Assembly (NCBI GenBank): GCA_000967895.1
Contig: FO203512.1
Span: forward strand, 3,315,531 to 3,347,530
Direction: 5' to 3'
Length of the DNA stretch: 32,000 nucleotides
Origin: Oleispira antarctica RB-8
Lineage (GTDB): Bacteria; Pseudomonadota; Gammaproteobacteria; Pseudomonadales; Oceanobacteraceae
The notes beneath the pieces were generated by a model. It was given only the letters and a program-made list of their open reading frames with translations. It did not search any database and was not told the origin of the DNA. Positions 1-7,620 of this stretch are shown here, one piece after another; within the stretch, counting starts at the first letter, position 1, and every line of letters starts with the position of its first letter. The position numbers were made by a program, and so were the translations under genes.

Positions 1-1273
1 ATACATTCACACCCCAGCCGAATAGCTGATCGGTTGTTACTTCTTTATTCAATGCCGCAATAATCACAACCAATAAACAAGGACGAAGCACCACACCCAT
101 GCTGCCAGACATAGCCGTTGCTGCGAGCGCTAATTGACGACGAGCACCAGCACGACGTAGTTCGTTATAAATTAAACCACCAATAGCTATGACAAAAATA
201 CCGGAAGCACCCGTATATGCCGTTGGTAATGCGGCTATCACCACCACCACCACCGCTAACATTTCTGGTGGTAAATTCCATGGACGGAATATATTGAATA
301 CCGCTTGAGCCATCTGAGTACGCTTAACCAGCATACCGATCCAAACGTACAAACCTACGTTCAAAAATAGCTGTGATAATTCCATCATCTGGTTTAAATA
401 AATACCAATGCCAGCCATGTGACCATTCGATATGAAGTAAGTACCTGAAATAATACACATGGTGGCATACAGTGGAATAGCCAACTGCGCCTTTAAGAAG
501 CTACCACCCGGCTTGGCATCTTTTGGCACAACAATAAATTGATAAACGCTTAATAAGAAGATGACTGCAAAACCTAAAATCCATAAATAATGCAATAAGC
601 CATGTTCGGAACTGACGACAACACCCGCGTTAAAAACAACTTCTTTAAAACTGTAAACCGAGAAGAATAAAATACCGCTAGCAATCATCTGAGAAAATGA
701 CGCTACGCGATAATCCATCACGGTTTCCATTGGACGCAAGGCTATGTGATGACGTCTAAATAACGCCGTCATGCCACAGATAAGCACCAATACCGCAAGC
801 ATAATGCGCTGTGCATGCAAACCGAATTCGCCAAAGTCTGCAACCGCAAGTTCTACCGCACGAAAAGCTCTTACTGCAGGAGTAATACGATCGACTGTTT
901 GCGCATACGTTTGATGCTTCGTTTCACAAACAACTTGAGCATTCACCAAAGACTGACGCAATACAGCATCATCGATCGGTTCAGGCTCTTCATCAAATAA
1001 GTCCCACTCATCCTCATCCGCAGGCGCTGCATTTTCAGCAATCAAGCGTGTAAGCTGACCATCGATATCTCCATCTATTTCGCAACTAGGCTGAATAGGA
1101 TCAGAACGCAGCTGGAAATAGCCATCCCATACATTTTCACCCAACTTTAATAGTTGGGCATGGGTGGCATGACTGGTATTTAAAAGTATGACAAAAATTA
1201 AAACCAAAAAAGCAGGCATTGCTGCCAGCCATTCAAAGCCAGTTCGATTCGCCAAGCGAAGAGTCTGGGTCAT
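1..1273 (-). CDS. TRAP-type transporter fused small/large permease (DctQ-DctM, TatQ-M-like); its 3' part lies beyond the left edge of the window
   Basis: Missing from the ORF track because it has no stop inside the window. Hand translation of the minus strand from the ATG (complement of 1271-1273) gives 424 uninterrupted codons: MTQTLRLANRTGFEWLAAMPAFLVLIFVILL ... LPTAYTGASGIFVIAIGGLIYNELRRAGARRQLALAATAMSGSMGVVLRP. It has many hydrophobic helices and lies 61 nt downstream of a solute-binding-protein gene on the same strand. Confidence 0.7.
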   Translation of the reverse strand, partial: MTQTLRLANRTGFEWLAAMPAFLVLIFVILLNTSHATHAQLLKLGENVWDGYFQLRSDPIQPSCEIDGDIDGQLTRLIAENAAPADEDEWDLFDEEPEPIDDAVLRQSLVNAQVVCETKHQTYAQTVDRITPAVRAFRAVELAVADFGEFGLHAQRIMLAVLVLICGMTALFRRHHIALRPMETVMDYRVASFSQMIASGILFFSVYSFKEVVFNAGVVVSSEHGLLHYLWILGFAVIFLLSVYQFIVVPKDAKPGGSFLKAQLAIPLYATMCIISGTYFISNGHMAGIGIYLNQMMELSQLFLNVGLYVWIGMLVKRTQMAQAVFNIFRPWNLPPEMLAVVVVVIAALPTAYTGASGIFVIAIGGLIYNELRRAGARRQLALAATAMSGSMGVVLRPCLLVVIIAALNKEVTTDQLFGWGVNV

Positions 1274-1334
1274 GATAGGTACCTATGTTCGAGTATTACT
1301 TTTTATATTTATTATAGAAATTTATTATTGTTTT

Positions 1335-2339
1335 CTATTCTAGTTTTTCAACACATTCCGCCGCTACTGGGTTGTTTTTACAACGCAGTTTACGCATCAG
1401 CTTCAACATTTTTCCATCATAAACACCTTCATCACGTAATTTAATACGTACATCACGCAACATACTGGTGTACTGCGTTGTAGCATCCGCTGATAGGTCC
1501 ATCCAATACTTAGGATCAATTTCTTGCGTTGCTTTTTCAACAACCTCATTGACCTTATCAAAAAAGCTGGCAACTTTAGCTCGTGATTTTTGACCAAACC
1601 CTTTTGGAAATTTATCAGCACGAATAATGATTTGAAAATCCATATACGCTAATACGAAGCGTAAAACACCTCCATTTTCTTCCAAACCTTTATACAATTC
1701 TAAAGGTTTGTAGGCCACGGTCGGTGCGTAGGCAACATCCACACTGCCATTATTAAACTTACCAGAAAAATTAGCTGAATTTGAAGGCACCATGGAAGCA
1801 CCAATATGATTCACCAAGAAGATAGAAGGCGCATCATAATCGATCGTTGCGATACGCTTACCCGATAATTCTTCTAACGTATCAATTGTTCTGTCACGAG
1901 TGAATAAGTAGATAGGTCCTGCTGGCATAATACCAGCAATCTCATATTGACCTTCAACCATATACTTAGCCGCTTTAGGACTGGTAATCATGGTTAATAA
2001 CGAACGTAACATTGCCTCATCAGGGATTGCACCAATCGCACCCACTGTTGCCGAAAATTTATTGAACGGACGTGCACGGGCACCTGTTACTAGCACAGCG
2101 TCACACTGGCCCGCTTTAAAATCGTCAAGCGCAATTTTTTCATCCGTATAGGCACGAGGTTCTACATCAGCACCCCATCCAAGCGCCTCTGTACGATAAT
2201 CCGTCATGGTATTGAACAAGGGACCATTAGCGCCGAGCGGGTCAAATACACAAATGCTCAGTTTTGGTAACTCATTTAGCGGTGTTTGAGCCAGTGCCAA
2301 AAATGGCAACATCAAGACAGACAGCAATAATGCACGCAT
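1335..2339 (-). CDS. Periplasmic solute-binding protein of a TRAP-type transporter (DctP/TatP-like)
   Basis: 334-aa ORF with signal peptide MRALLLSVLMLPFLALAQ. It shows a DctP-like stretch, GKRIATIDYDAPSIFLVNHIGASMVPSNSANFSGKFNNGSVDVAYAP. Its start lies 1 nt after the upstream lipoprotein stop, which suggests translational coupling, and a permease gene follows. Confidence 0.55.
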   Translation of the reverse strand: MRALLLSVLMLPFLALAQTPLNELPKLSICVFDPLGANGPLFNTMTDYRTEALGWGADVEPRAYTDEKIALDDFKAGQCDAVLVTGARARPFNKFSATVGAIGAIPDEAMLRSLLTMITSPKAAKYMVEGQYEIAGIMPAGPIYLFTRDRTIDTLEELSGKRIATIDYDAPSIFLVNHIGASMVPSNSANFSGKFNNGSVDVAYAPTVAYKPLELYKGLEENGGVLRFVLAYMDFQIIIRADKFPKGFGQKSRAKVASFFDKVNEVVEKATQEIDPKYWMDLSADATTQYTSMLRDVRIKLRDEGVYDGKMLKLMRKLRCKNNPVAAECVEKLE

Positions 2340-2340
2340 A

Positions 2341-3351
2341 TTAATCTCCTAACAAATCGTTAATATCTAAAGCTTCTTCTGCTGGCGATGCATCATCCCA
2401 GAAAGTCCCTAGGCCACCAATGGGAGTACGACTTCCTGTGGCTTCTGTCCATAAACGGTCAGATACTGCTAAAATTTGCTGGGTAGCGACTATATCAAGC
2501 ATGCGATATTGTGCATTAGAAGGTGTAGTTTTCACTGACTGGGCATGGCGACGAATGGCATCACGTAAACGCTCTTCATTACCCGAACCATCAGCAATAA
2601 CGACTTCAACCGCTTGCGCTAAACGAACACCTGCGTCACCCGCTAGGTCGCTGGCATCGGCCAATTCTTGCCAAGGATCAACGCCATCAGGTGCATTGTC
2701 AGGCATCATCGTCCAAACGGCCGCTTGCATCGCTTTTGGAACACCCCACCAGCGCTTAGCATCTAGACACTGACTACCACGAACAGATTTCATAGCGATA
2801 TCTTTTGGCACACCGACTTCACCTTGTCCGCGCACATCACTCATCACGGCTTGTAAGCCACTCACAAGACCTAGCATCCAGAAAAACTCATCTTCTTCGT
2901 CAAGATCAGGACATTCATTCCCCGGCTCACCAAACTCAGCCACTAAGTGCTTATAGCCTTTGTATTGACGATTTGCGGCGAGAGCAAATAAACGCTTTTG
3001 ACGAATACGAGCATCTTTTGCTTCACCGATATTTTGTGCTTTATAGGCACGAAGATAGGTTAAGCCTTCTTCGTTAGCTTTTGCTTCAGCACAAGCGCCC
3101 GCTTGCATGTACATAGAGGTTGCTAGGCGATCAGGAGACCAAGTTAATTCGGTAAAAGATAAGAGCATTGGCGTCATACTCTCACTCATTGCACAACCCA
3201 TTTCCGTATCATCAGTCTTCATAACATACGGCATGGCATAGTCTTCAGCATAATCATAAGCAAACCAACCGGTTGTTGTATAAATAGAACTACAACCTGA
3301 CATGGTTATTAGAATTAGTGCCGCAATGGCAGAGCGAATGCTTAGGTACAT
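2341..3351 (-). CDS. Lipoprotein, probably a TatT-like T-component of a TPR-protein-associated TRAP transporter
   Basis: 336-aa ORF with lipobox ILITMSG|C and a helix-prone Ala/Leu/Arg-rich body. It is the first gene in a lipoprotein / binding protein / fused permease order, as in Treponema pallidum TatT-TatP-TatQM. The family call is from memory and gene order, not an alignment. Confidence 0.45.
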   Translation of the reverse strand: MYLSIRSAIAALILITMSGCSSIYTTTGWFAYDYAEDYAMPYVMKTDDTEMGCAMSESMTPMLLSFTELTWSPDRLATSMYMQAGACAEAKANEEGLTYLRAYKAQNIGEAKDARIRQKRLFALAANRQYKGYKHLVAEFGEPGNECPDLDEEDEFFWMLGLVSGLQAVMSDVRGQGEVGVPKDIAMKSVRGSQCLDAKRWWGVPKAMQAAVWTMMPDNAPDGVDPWQELADASDLAGDAGVRLAQAVEVVIADGSGNEERLRDAIRRHAQSVKTTPSNAQYRMLDIVATQQILAVSDRLWTEATGSRTPIGGLGTFWDDASPAEEALDINDLLGD

Positions 3352-3538
3352 TTCAATCCCCTGTAATGTAATTTTTTGTTATTTTGGCCTGCGATAATAC
3401 AGTAATTAATGACCATTACTAGCTTTTAGCAGGCTCTTAATTCAAGGTGATTTTAGTGAAAAATATAATAAATCAAACAGATGATCAGCAAAGGTCTTTT
3501 ACTGCCATTTAGGCAGAGTCTAAAAACCTCCACAGACC

Positions 3539-4000
3539 TTATTTAACTTCAATACGCTGCCAGGTTTGTGAGCGACCAAACAAAGAGATGCCAACATAGC
3601 CTCGAACTTCAAGCTCATTCGGGTCATCAGAAATCGTGATATTGCTGGTGTAAACAGTGCCTGATTCAGGATCTAATATTTGTCCATTTTCCCACTCGCC
3701 TTTTCCCGTACGCTCGACGCCCCAAATAAACTGCATACCTTCTATTGGCTGATCTTTCTTGTCGCCTTCGCACTGATCACACAGATCACTAGCCGCATCT
3801 TTTTTTAATACTTTTTTGATTATGCCAACCATAGTGCCGTCTTCTGCAAGCGAGAGTACAACCAGACTTTTTATTTCACCAGTATCATCATCCACCGTAT
3901 GCCAACTACCTAATGCAGGGTCTTGAGCGTGCGCTGTATTAGCCAGAAAAAAGCTAAACATGAAACCAAATAATAGGGCTACGGTATGTATAAATTTCAT
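3539..4000 (-). CDS. Secreted DUF2147-family protein
   Basis: 153 aa with signal peptide ending TAHA|QD. The family pattern is visible: GSWHTVDD...IKS, CDQCEGDKKDQPIEGMQFIW, WENGQILDPESGTVYTS, LEVRGYVGISLFGRSQTWQR. Confidence 0.75.
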   Translation of the reverse strand: MKFIHTVALLFGFMFSFFLANTAHAQDPALGSWHTVDDDTGEIKSLVVLSLAEDGTMVGIIKKVLKKDAASDLCDQCEGDKKDQPIEGMQFIWGVERTGKGEWENGQILDPESGTVYTSNITISDDPNELEVRGYVGISLFGRSQTWQRIEVK

Positions 4001-4245
4001 GATTTTATCTCTGTAAGGTGTGTTATTTTTTTTGTAAGACTTCTAGTTTACCTTGCTTATCAAGGGATACAAATAGAGATACCGAAATACAATGACACCT
4101 GAGCTAATATCTCTCAATAAACACTTGGCAATGATGCCAAATCGAGGCAGACTCACATTGATTGGGTCTTAATGGAATAAGTGCACCAACGGGCTTTTTC
4201 TGTTTAATGCGTTTTCTCATACTTCAGGCTTAGAAGGTATTTTGC

Positions 4246-5625
4246 ATGACAGCACAACAAGCAACACTTAAGCTTTACGTTCTCGATACTAATGTCCTAA
4301 TACACGATCCCAGTGCCATTCTAAAATTTCAAGAACATCAGGTCGTCATCCCCATGATCGTTCTAGAGGAACTCGATAAATTAAAAATGGGGAAGCAATC
4401 CATTGCGGCCGATTGCCGTGAAGCAATTCGCCAAATTGATCGTATTATTGGTGATGCAACGCCGGTAGAAATTGCCAAAGGCGTACCGATTCTGCGAGAT
4501 AATGAAGAGGTCCAAGGCACCCTTTCTATTCTGCTCGATAGCTTTAAAGAAACGTCTCCCATCTTACCCACCAACCTTAACGATAACAAAATAATAAACA
4601 GCCTCGTTAAACTGCAGCAGAATCACCCCAAGCGCGATGTTATTCTAATTACTAAAGACATTAATATGCGGCTGAAAGCCAAAGGTTGTGGCATCTCGGC
4701 ACAAGATTATCAAAACGATCAACTGTTATCCGATATCGATTTGTTAGAACAAGGCTTTCATGCCTTAAAAGGTTCGTTCTGGCAGGAGCAGCATCAAGTA
4801 GAAACATTCCATGATGCCACCGGAACTTATCACAAGGTGTTGAAAGAAGTATTACCTGAAAACGTACACATCAATCACTTCATAATTGATGAACAAGAAT
4901 TTGTCGGGCGCATCACCACCATTAATGATGAAACCGTCACTCTCATTGATTTGCCCAAAGAACTCTTAATGCAGCAACAGGCATGGGGCTTAAAACCTCA
5001 AAATATTATTCAAGCACTTGCTCTTAATTTACTGCTTGATCCCAACATTCATCTAGTGAGCCTTACAGGACAAGCAGGCTCAGGAAAAACCATCCTAGCA
5101 CTCGCCGCCGCAATTGAAATGACCGTCGCCAATAAACAGTTTAAACGTATTATTGCGACTCGAAGTACACGCGGTTTAGATGAAGACATTGGTTATTTAC
5201 CTGGCACAGAAGCCGAGAAAATGGAACCCTGGCTAGGCGCAATAACCGATAACTTAGAAGCTCTTCACAGCGATGACGAAAATGCCCCTAGCAGCGTAGA
5301 CTACATACTGCAGAAGGTTCCACTGCAGTTCAAATCGCTTAATTACATTCGTGGTCGTAGCTTCCAGCAAAGCCTAATTCTTATCGACGAGTGCCAAAAC
5401 CTAACACCTCACCAGATTAAAACCATTATCACCCGCGCAGGGGCTGGTAGTAAGGTTATCTGCCTGGGAAATCTCTCCCAAATTGATACACCCTATTTAA
5501 GCCCTATCAGCACAGGCCTTACGTATCTGGTCGAGCGATTTAAAGATTTTGAGCATGGTGGGACAATTACACTGCAAGGTTCTCCACGCTCTATCCTTGC
5601 GGAATACGCTGAGAACCATTTATAG
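4246..5625 (+). CDS. PhoH2-type protein: N-terminal PIN domain fused to a PhoH-like ATPase
   Basis: 459 aa. PIN-like N-terminus is KLYVLDTNVLIHDP. Walker A is GQAGSGKT, and Walker B with the PhoH motif is LILIDECQNLTPHQIKTIITRAGAGSKVICLGNLSQID. RBS GAAGG sits upstream of the ATG. Confidence 0.85.
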   Translation: MTAQQATLKLYVLDTNVLIHDPSAILKFQEHQVVIPMIVLEELDKLKMGKQSIAADCREAIRQIDRIIGDATPVEIAKGVPILRDNEEVQGTLSILLDSFKETSPILPTNLNDNKIINSLVKLQQNHPKRDVILITKDINMRLKAKGCGISAQDYQNDQLLSDIDLLEQGFHALKGSFWQEQHQVETFHDATGTYHKVLKEVLPENVHINHFIIDEQEFVGRITTINDETVTLIDLPKELLMQQQAWGLKPQNIIQALALNLLLDPNIHLVSLTGQAGSGKTILALAAAIEMTVANKQFKRIIATRSTRGLDEDIGYLPGTEAEKMEPWLGAITDNLEALHSDDENAPSSVDYILQKVPLQFKSLNYIRGRSFQQSLILIDECQNLTPHQIKTIITRAGAGSKVICLGNLSQIDTPYLSPISTGLTYLVERFKDFEHGGTITLQGSPRSILAEYAENHL

Positions 5626-5809
5626 CTCGTTTAAAAAATATCACTATTTTTAATCTCTTATCAGCGTTCATTCAGTCACCACAGAGTGAGTGAACGCTCA
5701 CATCCGGCATCTCTGACAGACTTCAACATTTGACGTTCTAAAAAGCGTCTACTATATAACTAAGACTAAATATAAATTCCGCCCACTCAGTACGATCAGG
5801 GACTACATA

Positions 5810-6226
5810 ATGAATCGATTTTTATTTGCTAGCTTATTAACCGCTGCTGCTTTTCAACCGGCGATTGCCGCTGAGCAAATTTATGAACTGGAAGTGCAAA
5901 CCGATAGCAACTGGACCAGTATCGAAATTCGCGATGATGCCACATTCGTGAATGCGCCCCCAGGACAGAGTATGAATGTCACCGCAAAAGATGGCATAAA
6001 ATCGTATACGATCTCACCTAAGAAAGTTCACTTGCGCTCACGTACCCGCGGAGATGTGACGATGAATCTGTTTGTAAAATCACAAAATAACGTTTTGGGG
6101 ATGAACATCTGCAAAGGCTCACCGAGCAGCTATACCTTTATAAAATCTCAAGAAGCCAAACAAAAGAATGATGTGAAAGAAAAGGATTATTGTGAAACCG
6201 CCGCATTAGTTCTTCAGCTCTTTTAA
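5810..6226 (+). CDS. Hypothetical secreted protein
   Basis: 138-aa ORF with signal peptide MNRFLFASLLTAAAFQPAIA|AE. RBS AGGGA is present, and an intrinsic terminator follows. I recognise no family. Confidence 0.5.
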   Translation: MNRFLFASLLTAAAFQPAIAAEQIYELEVQTDSNWTSIEIRDDATFVNAPPGQSMNVTAKDGIKSYTISPKKVHLRSRTRGDVTMNLFVKSQNNVLGMNICKGSPSSYTFIKSQEAKQKNDVKEKDYCETAALVLQLF

Positions 6227-6247
6227 TCGATTACCTGAACTGTCATT

Positions 6248-6276
6248 AAAAGAGGTAATCTGGCTACCTCTTTTTT
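6248..6276 (+). terminator. Rho-independent terminator of the 5810-6226 gene
   Basis: Stem AAAAGAGGTA (6248-6257) pairs with TACCTCTTTT (6265-6274) around a 7-nt loop, and it runs into a T6 tract. Confidence 0.7.
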
Positions 6277-6334
6277 CACTCCTCAAATACATAACTGCAA
6301 GTTCCCTCTCAATTCATATACTTTATAGACACTC

Positions 6335-6368
6335 AAAAAAAAGCAATACTCGTGAGTATTGCTTTTTT
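6335..6368 (-). terminator. Rho-independent (bidirectional-type) terminator serving the 6396-6725 gene
   Basis: Stem GCAATACT (6343-6350) pairs with AGTATTGC (6355-6362) around loop CGTG. An A8 run flanks the left side and a T6 run the right, so a U-tract follows the stem on either strand. Confidence 0.7.
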
Positions 6369-6395
6369 GCATTTTTGGCCGCCCCATTAATTTTC

Positions 6396-6725
6396 TTAAG
6401 CGGTCGGGGTAATATTTTTCACATTTTTGGCGGTGAAATAGGCAAAGCCCCCTTCTATATCTCCAACCTCTACTCGATGAGGTGACAAAGGTGAGTTTTT
6501 CAAGCTCGCGACATAAACGCCTTTTGATGTTATTAGGTTCTTATCTATGTCATTAAAATGTGGCTGTGAAAAAGCAAACGTTTGCCGCTCACACCCGCGC
6601 TCAAGAGTCATGACCAATTGAGCATCTGCTAACTCATTTGCCCGAAAGAAATTGACATAAGTAACCTGATACTCATCTTCGAACTCGTATAAATAACGAC
6701 CAACCTGCTGACGACTGATGCTCAT
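6396..6725 (-). CDS. Hypothetical cytoplasmic protein
   Basis: 109-aa ORF with no signal peptide and no recognised motif. It has its own terminator and sits next to a 385-bp AT-rich upstream region. Confidence 0.45.
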   Translation of the reverse strand: MSISRQQVGRYLYEFEDEYQVTYVNFFRANELADAQLVMTLERGCERQTFAFSQPHFNDIDKNLITSKGVYVASLKNSPLSPHRVEVGDIEGGFAYFTAKNVKNITPTA

Positions 6726-7110
6726 ATGACTGAACTACCTATGTATAAACAAATGATTCACTATAAGTATTAGCTAGGATATCTCTGCTTTTCAAATCAA
6801 AATAACAGAAAACTACAGACCTTTTTTACGCGTCATTTTTCAGTTGGTTTTTACTATATTTTTTCCTTATTTACAGTCATTCTATTGTCACTATGTTACT
6901 TTTCGAGTGATGCATTTTAAATTAAGCCCTACATACTGATGAATAATATTTTTCGCTAAACCGCTGATTTAAAGTAAGTTTTTCCAGCTTAGTCTATTAA
7001 GTCACGAAAAATACACATATGGACTAATCCAATATGACGACTTAGAACGTATCTAGATTAACGAATATAAATGTATACTCTACTCACTTGAATAAGCCGA
7101 AATTGACGAT

Positions 7111-7503
7111 ATGAACGATAAAATTGCCAACATATTATTAGCCCACGGAAGCAGAGATCCTCAGTGGCAACGTCCATTTAATGACATGACTCATGCGATT
7201 AAACAACATGATGCGGCTTCGCTAACAGGGTCATCTCAACCTGTCGTTGTCGAACTCGCTTATATGGAGCTGTGTGAGCCTAGCCTTGAGCAAATGTGTG
7301 AACAACTATCACAACAGGGCTTTAATTTAATCAATGTTTATCCCGTTTTTTTTGCTGCTGGTACACATTTACGTATTGATGTCCCCAAGCAACTGAAAGC
7401 CATTGAAGCTGAACTAGGTTTGAAAACGAAATTACACCCTCCGGTAGGTCAAGAAAAAGCGGTACAGGATGCTATTACTCAAGTCATTCTGAAAAGACTT
7501 TAA
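7111..7503 (+). CDS. Small CbiX/SirB-family (class II) tetrapyrrole chelatase-like protein
   Basis: 130 aa. The single-domain CbiX(S) pattern is visible: ILLAHGSRDPQW (HGS motif), AYMELCEPSLEQ, and VYPVFFAAGTHLRIDVP (G-x-H...D-x-P). Confidence 0.65.
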   Translation: MNDKIANILLAHGSRDPQWQRPFNDMTHAIKQHDAASLTGSSQPVVVELAYMELCEPSLEQMCEQLSQQGFNLINVYPVFFAAGTHLRIDVPKQLKAIEAELGLKTKLHPPVGQEKAVQDAITQVILKRL

Positions 7504-7620
7504 ATGTTCACTATGCGAGCCTTTCAGTATTCAGCTAACCTATATAATCGTTGATTTATTACAACAATATAGATTAACTGAGAAACAAAAAATTAGAATG
7601 ACTTTCGCCAAGGACTGCCT

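Noticed and set aside
239-253. (CAC)5 trinucleotide repeat inside the TRAP permease gene.
   Set aside because: It is in frame and encodes Val5 within a transmembrane segment. Slippage would add or remove a Val and would not switch the gene off, so nothing suggests phase variation.
815-3077. Plus-strand track ORFs 815-1000, 2420-2773 and 2805-3077.
   Set aside because: They are antisense to the TRAP permease and the lipoprotein gene, whose frames are far longer and biologically coherent. Their translations are Arg/Ser/His-rich, as expected for antisense artefacts.
4125-4140. Palindrome TTGGCA-ATGA-TGCCAA in the divergent DUF2147/PhoH2 promoter region, considered as a sigma54 promoter or an operator.
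   Set aside because: The GG-to-GC spacing is 7 nt, not the 10 nt required for a -24/-12 promoter. It may be an operator, but a single 6-bp half-site pair is not enough support to report it.
5663-5698. Imperfect hairpin AGCGTTCA...TGAACGCT after the PhoH2 gene as a terminator.
   Set aside because: The stem has internal mismatches and no U-tract follows it. The support is too weak for a feature call.
6938-6956. Fur-box-like AT-rich segment GATGAATAATATTTTTCGC upstream of the CbiX-like / receptor genes.
   Set aside because: By my hand alignment it matches only about 10 of 19 positions of the GATAATGATAATCATTATC consensus. That is indistinguishable from background in a 385-bp AT-rich region.
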